Program-made: the position numbers and the translations under genes
Part shown: positions 39,940 through 49,314 of the stretch, piece after piece
Position numbering within the stretch: position 1 is the first letter of the stretch
Layout: every line of letters begins with the position of its first letter
Notes under the pieces: generated by a model
Databases searched by the model: none
Seen by the model: the letters and a program-made list of their open reading frames with translations, nothing else
Told to the model about the DNA's origin: nothing
Assembly: GCA_965215265.1 (NCBI GenBank)
Contig: OZ244048.1
Span: 4,096,001 to 4,160,000, forward strand
Source: Candidatus Poribacteria bacterium
GTDB lineage: Bacteria > Poribacteria > WGA-4E > WGA-3G
Direction: 5' to 3'
DNA length: 64,000 bases

Positions 39940-40623
39940 ATGAAAAAAGTCTGGAATTTCGTCAACCAGCAGCACGTCATTACGTGTCTGTTATGCTTAT
40001 CCATTTTCACGTTTGCCAATTGTAGTTCGACTGAAGATGAGAACCCTCAGCAGCTCCTTCTGGAATCAGAAACCGATGAGGTGACACCACCGTCTACTGT
40101 ATCAACCGATGCAGAAACCGTTAAAGAACCTATTGGATTGGAAGCCGTAACGTTTACAATTGATGCAACGAGTAAAGAGTCGTGGGCGTACTTCTCTTTT
40201 AAAAGCGGCGATGTTGTTGAAGTTGCCGAACCAGAAAATTCAGAAGAGTGGGATATCGGTTTCCAGCGAACTCAAGTCAAACTCAACGGCGGCATTAGCG
40301 GACCCGGCGAAGGCAGTGCAGTTATGCTGACAGAGACAACGTTTGAAGCAGTGACAGAAGCACCAGCAGACGGATACCTGTCGGATACTGCTGACACACT
40401 CGCAATCGTTCCCCAAAGCGACAAAGGTTGGTATATCTATACAGGTCCACCCACACATTGGATTTTACCCTTGGAAGATCGAGTCTTCGTTGTAAAAGCA
40501 GCGGATGGAACGTTCGCCAAGGTCCGTTTTGTCGGGTATTACAAGGATAATCAGAATAAGAAAGACAGCGGCTTCGTGACGTTTGAGTACAGCCATCAAA
40601 CGGACGGAAGTCCTAATTTTTAA
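39940..40623 (+). CDS. hmuY: HmuY-family lipoprotein
   Basis: Lipobox-like FANC, IDATSKESWAYFSF, WDIGFQR, GWYIY. Paralog of 38912-39541. Confidence 0.85.
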   Translation: MKKVWNFVNQQHVITCLLCLSIFTFANCSSTEDENPQQLLLESETDEVTPPSTVSTDAETVKEPIGLEAVTFTIDATSKESWAYFSFKSGDVVEVAEPENSEEWDIGFQRTQVKLNGGISGPGEGSAVMLTETTFEAVTEAPADGYLSDTADTLAIVPQSDKGWYIYTGPPTHWILPLEDRVFVVKAADGTFAKVRFVGYYKDNQNKKDSGFVTFEYSHQTDGSPNF

Positions 40624-40809
40624 GCACAAAACTCGCCCCATTCCATTTTTAATCAGGACGCTAAAGAACTTTACACTGAATAACTGAACACCGAGTTCAC
40701 GAATCGTTGGGCATGGAGAATGATGACGCATCAGAATCTCCTAACCTTTATAGCAGTCTTCAATCTCATGCCCGACGACTCATTTTACAGATTACAGAAG
40801 GAGTCAAAG

Positions 40810-41772
40810 ATGCAAAGAAAGGCGTTTTTCTTACCATACCAATGGCACAGTGCGGCTCTTTTAGTTCTGCTTGGCACCATTTTCTCTTATGCTGCAGCAG
40901 CAGAACATGTTGAGGTTACCGATGCGAACGGTAAAAACATTATCATTACTTCATCGGAACGCATTGTAAGTCTCAACGGCAGTACCACCGAAATCCTGTT
41001 CGCGCTGGGTGTCGGAGAAAAAGTGGTTGGTTGCGACGCATCTTCCACTTACCCGAAAAATGTGAAAGAGAAACTTCCAAGTGTAGGATATCAGTACGGA
41101 CTCAATGCCGAGGGAATTCTCTCATTGAAACCGACCTTGGTAATTGGGAGAGACGACATCAAACCGCCGCAGGTGATTGAACAACTCCGTATGGCGGGCG
41201 TAACTGTCTTATTGCTTAAGGAGCCCCGGAACTTCGAGGCGGCCAAGCAGCGTTTACTTACTATCGGGAAAGCCGTTCGAGCCGAAAGCAGCACTGAAGA
41301 ACTTCTGGTAACACTAGACGCGGATATAGAGAAATTAGAGACGAAGCTAGCAGAACGGGAAGGGCACCCCAAACAGAAGGCACTGTTTCTCTATTTGCGC
41401 GGAACCCAAACTGCTTTTGTGCTTGGGAAAAACTCCGCACCTGGCGCTATGTTTGAGATTGTCGGTGCTGAAAATGCAGCCGCGCATATCAAAGGCAGCA
41501 AGCCAATGACAGCAGAAGCGATAATTACCGCGCAACCCGATGTATATGTGCTGTTTACCAGGGGATTGGAATCCATTGGGGGCGTTGATGGATTGCTTAA
41601 ATTGCCTGGCTTACTACATACACCCGCAGGCAAAAACAGACGCGTCATCAGCATGAGTGGACAGTATCTATCCGGATTCGGCCCCCGCTGCGGACGAGCC
41701 GCGCTTGATCTATTCCAAGGTATCTATGAAACGGAAGGACATTTCGTCGCAACAGGGGATCAGGAAGATTAA
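40810..41772 (+). CDS. hmuT: Hemin ABC transporter substrate-binding protein
   Basis: RIVSLNGSTTEILFALG, VGY..LNAEGILSL, TPAGKNRR, GFGPR. Confidence 0.88.
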   Translation: MQRKAFFLPYQWHSAALLVLLGTIFSYAAAAEHVEVTDANGKNIIITSSERIVSLNGSTTEILFALGVGEKVVGCDASSTYPKNVKEKLPSVGYQYGLNAEGILSLKPTLVIGRDDIKPPQVIEQLRMAGVTVLLLKEPRNFEAAKQRLLTIGKAVRAESSTEELLVTLDADIEKLETKLAEREGHPKQKALFLYLRGTQTAFVLGKNSAPGAMFEIVGAENAAAHIKGSKPMTAEAIITAQPDVYVLFTRGLESIGGVDGLLKLPGLLHTPAGKNRRVISMSGQYLSGFGPRCGRAALDLFQGIYETEGHFVATGDQED

Positions 41773-42760
41773 GCGCACAAAGATCCTTTTTATCCTTATT
41801 GGGCTACTTCCTATATCTGTATGCATTGCAGCAGGAATCGGTGCCTATCAAATTTTACCATGGCGGATTCCACAAATACTACTTTTTCAGGAAGAGGGTT
41901 TCGCCGTACTAACCTATGTCCGCTTACCACGGGTTATCCTATCAGCAATTGTCGGCGCAATGTTAGCGATATCGGGTGCAACGCTCCAAGGTATCTTCCG
42001 TAATCCACTCGCCGATCCGGGCTTAATTGGTGTCACCGCCGGGGCAGGACTTGGCGCAACAATATGGATTGTCCTAGTTGGAGGCGGGCCTCTAGGCGTG
42101 TGGGGGCTTCCGCTTGCTGCTTTTGGATGTGGAATACTTGTCACAGTCGGAGTCTGGAAAATTGCCGATTCTCATGGGAACGTCCACACGGTAACCTTGC
42201 TTTTGGCAGGTATCGCGCTCAATAGCTTTGCCGGCGCAGGCATCGGCATCATGACGTTCCTCGCAGACGATGAGCAACTCCGCAGTTTAACTTTTTGGTT
42301 ACTCGGGGGTTTTGGGGGCGCGACATGGGCTGTCATTTTCATAACGTTTCCGATATCAATCCTCGGCTTATTTGTACTGCTGCGACTCGCATCTGCCCTA
42401 AATGCGATGAGCTTAGGGGAATCCGAAGCATATCACCTCGGGGTTTCAACGGAATCGTTGAAGCGACAAGCAGTTTTTGGAGTCGCCTTGATTGTCGGGG
42501 CAGCCGTTTCAGCTGCCGGCGGTATCGGTTTCGTAGGACTCATTGTCCCGCACCTCCTCCGGTTGATGGGTGGAGCAGACCATCGTTACGTTTTGCCCGG
42601 TTCTGCATTAGGCGGCGCGATACTGCTCGTGCTAGCTGATCTGCTCGCTCGAACTATTGTCGTACCTGCAGAATTGCCGGTCGGCGTTGTTACAGCACTG
42701 ATTGGCGGTCCTTTTTTTCTCTGGTTATTGCTCAGGTTTAAGCAGGAAATCTTGCTATAG
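41726..42760 (+). CDS. hmuU: Hemin/iron ABC transporter permease (FecCD family)
   Basis: RLPRV, QGIFRNPLADPGLIG, IGFVGLIVPHL, ELPVGVVT. Confidence 0.9.
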   Translation: MKRKDISSQQGIRKIKRTKILFILIGLLPISVCIAAGIGAYQILPWRIPQILLFQEEGFAVLTYVRLPRVILSAIVGAMLAISGATLQGIFRNPLADPGLIGVTAGAGLGATIWIVLVGGGPLGVWGLPLAAFGCGILVTVGVWKIADSHGNVHTVTLLLAGIALNSFAGAGIGIMTFLADDEQLRSLTFWLLGGFGGATWAVIFITFPISILGLFVLLRLASALNAMSLGESEAYHLGVSTESLKRQAVFGVALIVGAAVSAAGGIGFVGLIVPHLLRLMGGADHRYVLPGSALGGAILLVLADLLARTIVVPAELPVGVVTALIGGPFFLWLLLRFKQEILL

Positions 42761-43055
42761 GCTTTTCGTCTACAAGAGCCCGATGCCAATTGCTGTAATG
42801 TAAAATCCTTTACAAATCTCGCTCTTTCGTCTACAGGCGCCCAATAAAGGCGGATGCTATGTTAAATCCCATACAAATCTCCCTGAGCCTTTTGGTGCTT
42901 TGATTTTTAAAGACATAACCTAAGCAGGCTCCGACGAGATGTACACAGTGATTGACACAACATCAGGCATTGTGGGGCTCCAGTATACAAAAAGGCGAGA
43001 TTTACACAGTAATAAACAAAACATAAAGCGTGCTGGTACGGAGATATACGAAAAT

Positions 43056-43847
43056 ATGATTGAACTAAAACAGATCGGTTATTGCATCGGTGAGAAGTGG
43101 TTAGTCCGTAACATCAGCGTCACTATTGAAACAGGAACACTGTGCTGCCTTATCGGACCTAACGGTGCCGGTAAATCCACCCTACTGCGCTTGATGTCAG
43201 GCGAACTTGTCCCTACAACCGGCGAAATACGGCTCTTCGGCAACCCCCATCAACCGATTCACAACTACGAACCCAGAAAATTCGCCAAAATACGCGGATA
43301 CTTGCAACAAAAACGGGAGATGAACTTCCCTTTTACCAGCTTGGAGATTGTTCTGCTCGGACGCTATCCGCACCTTAACGGAAAAAAAGAGAGTCGGCGT
43401 GACGTTGAGATTGCGGAAGACGCACTCTACGAAGTTGAAGCAGATACGCTCTCCGAACGGCTCTATCTGACTTTATCCGGCGGAGAGGCAAGTCGCGTCG
43501 ATGTCGCACGGATTCTCGCACAAAGCCCCCAACTCTTTTTATTAGATGAACCCACAAATCACCTCGACCCAAAACACCAAATCCAGATACTCAATTTGTG
43601 TAAAATGCTTTGTGCGACAGGGAAAACTGTCATTACCGCAATCCATGATTTGAATCTCGCAGCGATGTATGCCGATAGGCTTTTGATGTTAAAAGACGGT
43701 GTTCCTGTAGCGTGTGGCACACCGAAAGCGGTATTAACTTTGAATCAGTTATCTGAAGTCTACGGTATCTCATTTGACATCTTGTCACATCCGAGCGGCA
43801 CCCCGTGGGTTATTCCAAAGTTAGATTGTTTTGCGAGAAAAGACTAA
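43056..43847 (+). CDS. hmuV: Hemin ABC transporter ATP-binding protein
   Basis: GPNGAGKSTLL, LSGGE, LLDEPTNHLD, HDLNLAAMYAD. Confidence 0.9.
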   Translation: MIELKQIGYCIGEKWLVRNISVTIETGTLCCLIGPNGAGKSTLLRLMSGELVPTTGEIRLFGNPHQPIHNYEPRKFAKIRGYLQQKREMNFPFTSLEIVLLGRYPHLNGKKESRRDVEIAEDALYEVEADTLSERLYLTLSGGEASRVDVARILAQSPQLFLLDEPTNHLDPKHQIQILNLCKMLCATGKTVITAIHDLNLAAMYADRLLMLKDGVPVACGTPKAVLTLNQLSEVYGISFDILSHPSGTPWVIPKLDCFARKD

Positions 43848-44133
43848 GCAGCATGCTTTGCTTGAACAAACGTTATTTCACACCAAGCGCTCTACAGAAA
43901 GTCACGAATTGCAGCTAGTCCCTACTAGAAGAGACATCCTCGCATGATACTGCAAAATCCGCGTTGAGTCTCGGCAAAAAAAAGTTTGCCAAAAAGTGTT
44001 GTTTTCTGATAGAATGTTTTTGTCTATTTTTTCAGAAATAAAAAAAGAGCCAAAAAGTGTTGTTTTCTGATAAACTTTACCGTTGCTATAACGGCATAGA
44101 TACTGTACATCATCGTACGAAAGGATATTTGAA

Positions 44134-44742
44134 ATGAAAGATTGGAAGAACCCGCAAAAATGTGTGGTAGTTTTATTAGGGGGGCTGGTGTTAGTGTTTG
44201 CCTGCTACGGGCTGGTAAGAGCGCAACACGGCTTGATGCCGGCTCCCTCAGAGACGCGGCACGTCTCCCCGCCGGTTGGGGGGCTTGCAGGGCTCGAGAG
44301 TGACTTGCCTACAGTGTCCGCTGACTCGGTTTCTCCTGAAACGGTTGCAGAGTGGTTGTCGCTGTTACGTGCCAACAATGACGGCTCAGCCGTCTTTGCG
44401 CAAGGGATAGCAAACCTCGAACAGGTGCTAACCGAGATGCAGCCTGTGGCGCGGCCGCGGCTGTTAGCGAACTATCCGAATCCGTTCAACCCAGAGACGT
44501 GGATACCGTATCAGTTGGCAGTGCCAGCGGATGTAGAGGTGTCCATCTATGCGTTGGACGGGCGTTTGGTTAGGACGTTAGCGTTGGGGCATCAAGCGGC
44601 GGGCCGCTACGAGAGCAAGGCGCGCGCCGCGTATTGGGATGGGCGTAACGAGCATGGTGAGCGTGTTGCGAGTGGTATCTATTTCTATACGCTGCGTGCG
44701 GGTGATTTCTCCGCCACGCAGAAGATGTTGATAAGGAAGTAA
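44134..44742 (+). CDS. Secreted protein consisting mostly of a FlgD-Ig / T9SS-like C-terminal domain
   Basis: LLANYPNPFNPETWIPYQL...WDGRNEHGERVASGIYFYTL...KMLIRK. Confidence 0.85.
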   Translation: MKDWKNPQKCVVVLLGGLVLVFACYGLVRAQHGLMPAPSETRHVSPPVGGLAGLESDLPTVSADSVSPETVAEWLSLLRANNDGSAVFAQGIANLEQVLTEMQPVARPRLLANYPNPFNPETWIPYQLAVPADVEVSIYALDGRLVRTLALGHQAAGRYESKARAAYWDGRNEHGERVASGIYFYTLRAGDFSATQKMLIRK

Positions 44743-44891
44743 AGGGAGAGAGAGGTGTAAGGGGGTGTGTGCCGTCTGCGTTTGACGCGGCGGCCCCGCC
44801 TCCAAGCACTCATATTTAGCGGCGAGCATTTCGCGGCATTTAGAGGTATGTAATGTATGATAAAAACGTGTCAAAGGTTTGGAGGTGTTTG

Positions 44892-47630
44892 ATGTATGCT
44901 AAAAGCGTGTCAATGATGTTGTCGATGTTGGCGTGTGTTCTCACGGTTTTGAGTTTGGGCGTTTTGTGCAATGTGTGTGCGCAAGGGGTAAGCGTGGCTG
45001 CGGATGTCGGCATGCTTTCGGCTGTGAAAGGTGATGCGGATGTGAATGGTGATGGCCGTGTGGATATAGTGGATTTGGCCCTGGTAGCGGCGCGCCTGGG
45101 AACCCGCGGTAACAGTTCGGCAGATTTGAACGGGAATAGGGTAGTGGATATAGGGGACGTGGCGTTAGTAGCGGCGGGGTTTAACGGTGCAGCGTCTGCG
45201 CCTGCGGTGCCTGCGTCTGCGCCTGCAGGAATGGTGCTCATCCCCGCGGGCGAGTTCCAGATGGGCAGCGATGCTGCTGATGCGCGGGATAACGAGCAGC
45301 CTGTGCGGAGGGTGCATGTGGACGCGTTCTATATGGATACGCACGAAGTGACTAACGCCGAGTATAAAAGTTTTGTGCTGGCGAATCCCGAGTGGCAGAA
45401 GACGCGGATTCCACGTGCACTCCATGATGGTAATTACCTAAAACGTTGGGAAGGTAATAACTATCCAGTGGGTAAGGGGGACCATCCTGTGACGTATGTG
45501 TCGTGGTATGGTGCGATGGCATATTCTGCGTGGGCAGGGAAGCGTCTTCCAACGGAGGCGGAATGGGAGAAAGCGGCACGCGGTGGGGAGGCAGGTCTGA
45601 AGTATCCGTGGGGAGACACGATAACGCCGAACGATGCGAACTACGATAGGAATGTAGACGATACGACTTCTGTGGGGCGTTATGCTGCGAACGGGTATGG
45701 GCTGTTCGACATGGCTGGGAACGTTCACGAGTGGTGCCTTGATGAATGGGATAAGACATTTTATGCTGCGTCTCCGTCTCGTAATCCGCTGCGTGGTGTG
45801 TCTGGTAGTACGCTTGCGAATGTGGCTGAGATTGTAGCGGACTACACAGGCGTAAATGTGAACTTAAAGCGGGTTTTGCGGGGTGGTAATTGGCGTGCTG
45901 ATGCACGTTACCTGCGCGTCACCGATAGGTTCAAAAGGGAGCCGACGTTCACGGAAAGCTTCGCCGGGTTTCGTTGTGTGAGTGCAGAGCCACCGCCGGA
46001 GCTCCCCACACCGCCGGAACCACCCACACCGCCGGAGCCACCCGCACTGGAGCCGGAGCCACCCGCACCGCAGGCACCTGCAGGGATGGCACTCATCCCC
46101 GCGGGCACCTTCCAGATGGGCAGCAACGATGCCGAGGCCGATGGTGACGAGCAGCCTGTGCGGAGGGTGCATGTGGACGCGTTCTACATGGATACGCACG
46201 AAGTGACGAACGCCGAGTATAGAAGTTTTGTGCTGGCGAACCCGCAGTGGCGGAAGACGCGGATTCCGGATGCCCTCCATGATGGTAATTACCTAAGCGA
46301 TTGGGACGGTAATAAGTATCCTAAGCGTAAGGGGGACCATCCTGTGGTGAATGTGTCGTGGTATGCGGCGATGGCTTATGCGGCGTGGGCAGGGAAGCGT
46401 CTGCCAACGGAGGCGGAGTGGGAGAAAGCGGCGCGCGGCGGTTGGCTAGGGTTAAAGTATCCGTGGGGAAAGACGATATCCTCTGTGCATGCGAACTACG
46501 GTAGGAATGTAGGGGACACCCGTCCTGTGGGGAGTTATGCGGCGAACGGGTATGGGCTGTTCGACATGGCCGGCAACGTTTACGAGTGGTGCCTTGATGC
46601 GTATAATGATGATTTCTATTCTGCGTCTCCGTCTCGTAATCCGCTGAGTGGAGTGTCTGGCAGTATGCTCGCGAATCTGGCTGAGATTGTAGATAACTAT
46701 ACCAATATTGAGTCTCATCGCGTGTTGCGTGGCGGTAGCTGGTCTTTTGATTCACTCTTCCTGCGTGCCGCTAATCGCCGCGGAGATACCCCTACGGACA
46801 CCAATGGCAGCTACGGGTTCCGGTGTGCGAGGGCTGTGACTCCTTCCGTGCCGCCGGCACCTGCAGGGATGGCAATCATTCCCGCTGGTGCCTTCCAGAT
46901 GGGCAGCAACGATGCTGAGGCCCATGGTGACGAGCAGCCTGTGCACACGGTGCATGTGGGCGCGTTCTACATGGACACACACGAAGTGACGAACGCCGAG
47001 TATAAAAGTTTTGTGCTTGCGAATCCCGAGTGGCAGAAGACGCGGATTCCGGATGCCTTCCACAGAGGTAATTACCTATGGCATTGGGAAGGTAATAACT
47101 ATCCAGTGGGTAAGGGGGACCATCCTGTGACGTATGTGTCGTGGTATGCGGCGATGGCGTATGCTGCGTGGGCAGGGAAGCGTCTTCCAACGGAGGCGGA
47201 GTGGGAGAAAGCGGCCCGCGGTGGGTTAGTTGGTAAGAAATACCCATGGGGGGACACGATAACGCCGGACGATGCGAACTACGGTAATAATGTAGGCGGT
47301 ACAACGGCTGTGGGGAGTTATGCTGCGAACGGGTATGGGCTATATAATATGGCCGGCAACGTGTCGGAGTGGTGTCTTGATGCGCATAATGATGATTTCT
47401 ATTCTGCGTCTCCGTCTCGTAATCCGCTGAGTGGAGTGTCTGGCAGTACGCTCGCGAATCTGGATGAGATTGTAGATAACTATACCAATATTGAGTCTCA
47501 TCGCGTGCTGCGCGGCGGTACCTGGGGCTTTCTTTCACGAACCCTGCGTGCCGCGGATCGCATCAGGTCTTCACCAACGCACACGACCGCCTACCGCGGG
47601 TTCCGGTGTGCGAGGGCTGTTACGCCTTAA
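44892..47630 (+). CDS. Secreted dockerin + 3x FGE-sulfatase (C-type lectin fold) domain protein; putative DGR target
   Basis: GGAGG RBS, DVNGDGRVDIVDL dockerin, three F.MG..HEVTN..HPV..VSW..RLPTEAEWEKAARGG..RVLRGG..GFRC domains with Pro-rich linkers. Confidence 0.9.
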   Translation: MYAKSVSMMLSMLACVLTVLSLGVLCNVCAQGVSVAADVGMLSAVKGDADVNGDGRVDIVDLALVAARLGTRGNSSADLNGNRVVDIGDVALVAAGFNGAASAPAVPASAPAGMVLIPAGEFQMGSDAADARDNEQPVRRVHVDAFYMDTHEVTNAEYKSFVLANPEWQKTRIPRALHDGNYLKRWEGNNYPVGKGDHPVTYVSWYGAMAYSAWAGKRLPTEAEWEKAARGGEAGLKYPWGDTITPNDANYDRNVDDTTSVGRYAANGYGLFDMAGNVHEWCLDEWDKTFYAASPSRNPLRGVSGSTLANVAEIVADYTGVNVNLKRVLRGGNWRADARYLRVTDRFKREPTFTESFAGFRCVSAEPPPELPTPPEPPTPPEPPALEPEPPAPQAPAGMALIPAGTFQMGSNDAEADGDEQPVRRVHVDAFYMDTHEVTNAEYRSFVLANPQWRKTRIPDALHDGNYLSDWDGNKYPKRKGDHPVVNVSWYAAMAYAAWAGKRLPTEAEWEKAARGGWLGLKYPWGKTISSVHANYGRNVGDTRPVGSYAANGYGLFDMAGNVYEWCLDAYNDDFYSASPSRNPLSGVSGSMLANLAEIVDNYTNIESHRVLRGGSWSFDSLFLRAANRRGDTPTDTNGSYGFRCARAVTPSVPPAPAGMAIIPAGAFQMGSNDAEAHGDEQPVHTVHVGAFYMDTHEVTNAEYKSFVLANPEWQKTRIPDAFHRGNYLWHWEGNNYPVGKGDHPVTYVSWYAAMAYAAWAGKRLPTEAEWEKAARGGLVGKKYPWGDTITPDDANYGNNVGGTTAVGSYAANGYGLYNMAGNVSEWCLDAHNDDFYSASPSRNPLSGVSGSTLANLDEIVDNYTNIESHRVLRGGTWGFLSRTLRAADRIRSSPTHTTAYRGFRCARAVTP

Positions 47631-47643
47631 ATCTTTACCCCGT

Positions 47644-47663
47644 CCGAGCTGCATGCAGCTCGG
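47644..47663. other. Perfect DNA hairpin 13 nt after the stop (DGR-type target hairpin candidate)
   Basis: CCGAGCTGC-AT-GCAGCTCGG. The homolog at 54200-54219 shows a compensatory change. Confidence 0.6.
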
Positions 47664-47676
47664 CTTATGCGCAGCG

Positions 47677-47752
47677 AAAGATAAAAGCAGAGGTGTGATG
47701 GTGAGTAGGCCGTGTGCCGAATGCTATCACACCTCTTTCTCTTTCAGGCGAT
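47677..47752 (+). repeat. 76-bp hairpin element bounding the Rpn units (copies at 49113-49188, 50585-50660, inverted 53960-54035)
   Basis: AAAGATAAAA..GAGGTGTGATGG..CTATCACACCTCTTTCTCTTT in all four copies. Confidence 0.85.
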
Positions 47753-47878
47753 ACCCATTTCTCCGCCTGATTTGTTTCTCTTTGCTTGACAATGATTCCC
47801 TGATGTGTTATCATAAATAAGAAGTAGGAGTTTTGAGAAGGGAAGCACTTGACAACTGATACGTTTTAGGAGTATAAT

Positions 47879-48979
47879 ATGCAAAAGGGGGACATCCACG
47901 ACTTTTTGTCCGAGATGTCTGTTGCGAACTTTTCCGATCGGAGTATACGCCGCTTATTAGAAAACAGGGAAAACGTCCGGGGCTTGTTAGAAATCGTTGC
48001 GGCAGAACTCGCAGCGTTGATTGACTTTGAGCATCTGGTTCCAATGAATAGGAGCCTGCTGCCCGCCACTCTCCGAGAACAAGAGGCAGACATTGTATAT
48101 CGGGTGCCCTTCAAAAGTGATAGGGATGAGGGTGCGGCAGAGCTGCTCCTCTATCTGCTGATTGAACACCAATCGACGGTAGATGAGACGATGGGATTTC
48201 GTGTGCTTTTCTACATGATGCTGATTTGGGACGCGGAGCGGCGGCGGTGGGCGGCAGAGAAGATGCCGAGAAGAGAGCGTGTATTGCCGCCGATTCTGCC
48301 CGTGGTATTTTACACGGGGGAGCGGCGGTGGGAGAAGCCACTGACACTTGAGGCGCTGATGAATTTGCCCGCGGCGCTCTCTCGATTCGTTCCGAGATTT
48401 GACATCCTATTTCTGAATCTGAAAGGCACAGACAAGGCGACGCTGACAGAGGCGGCGCATCCGTTCGGTTGGCTGATGAGAGTGCTGCAACAAGGAGATT
48501 CAGACAAAGCGTCTATAAGGCGTGCCTTAGTGGAGACTTTGACGCAGTTGGCGGCGCTTGATGCGGCGGATTCGGGGCAGCGGCGGGAAGCGATAATGTA
48601 TCTGGTATCGCTGATTGTGCATCGGCGTCCAAAGGAAGAGCAAGAAGAGTTGATAGAACTGGTAGACCGGCATACGCGTGATATGGAGGTAGCACCGATG
48701 GCAGAGACAATGGCCGAATTCCTCTTAGAACGAGGCATAGCACAAGGCATTGAACAAGGCATTGAACGAGGCATTGAACGAGGGAGAGAACAAGGGGCGT
48801 GCCAGACGGCTATCAAAAATATAACCGCCGTCCTCAACGCACGATTCCCTGACCGTGATATAGAGCCTGCTACGCAGAAACTCGAAACCCTTTCTGATCT
48901 CGAACACCTCGAGCAATTGCTGCTGATAGCCGTCAAAACCGACAGTTTTCAAGCATTCCTACAGGCGTTAGAACTATAG
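47879..48979 (+). CDS. Rpn family recombination-promoting nuclease / putative transposase (YhgA-like), copy 1
   Basis: EADIVYRV, LLIEHQST, PPILPVVFYTGE..W, GIEQ/GIER tail. Internal GGAGG-N8-ATG at 48698. Confidence 0.92.
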   Translation: MQKGDIHDFLSEMSVANFSDRSIRRLLENRENVRGLLEIVAAELAALIDFEHLVPMNRSLLPATLREQEADIVYRVPFKSDRDEGAAELLLYLLIEHQSTVDETMGFRVLFYMMLIWDAERRRWAAEKMPRRERVLPPILPVVFYTGERRWEKPLTLEALMNLPAALSRFVPRFDILFLNLKGTDKATLTEAAHPFGWLMRVLQQGDSDKASIRRALVETLTQLAALDAADSGQRREAIMYLVSLIVHRRPKEEQEELIELVDRHTRDMEVAPMAETMAEFLLERGIAQGIEQGIERGIERGREQGACQTAIKNITAVLNARFPDRDIEPATQKLETLSDLEHLEQLLLIAVKTDSFQAFLQALEL

Positions 48980-49314
48980 AAACGCATGCACCGAACGCCA
49001 TGGCCGGCCCCGGGCTGCTCTTGTCGGGGTGTCAGGTAGGAACCCTACCGTTATTATGCCCTCTGACAAGCGGAGCATGGAAGGTTGCGTACTATACCGT
49101 GTGAGATGAGCCAAAGATAAAACCCGAGGTGTGATGGTGAGTAGGCCGTGCGCCGAATGCTATCACACCTCTTTCTCTTTCAGGCGATACCCATTTCTCC
49201 GCCTGATTTGTTTCTCTTTGCTTGACAATGATTCACGGATGTGTTATCATAAATAAGAAGTAGGAGTTTTGAGAAGGGAAGCACTTGACAACTGATACGT
49301 TTTAGGAGTATAAT

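Noticed and set aside
44892-47630. FGE domains as sulfatase-maturation enzymes for the nearby sulfatase
   Set aside because: The catalytic Cys pair that follows RGGS in true FGE is absent; that segment is the hypervariable part, and the proteins are secreted.
47677-47752. 76-bp hairpin as an integron attC site
   Set aside because: It lacks RYYYAAC/GTTRRRY ends, and the only tyrosine recombinase is a pseudogene without recognisable IntI features.
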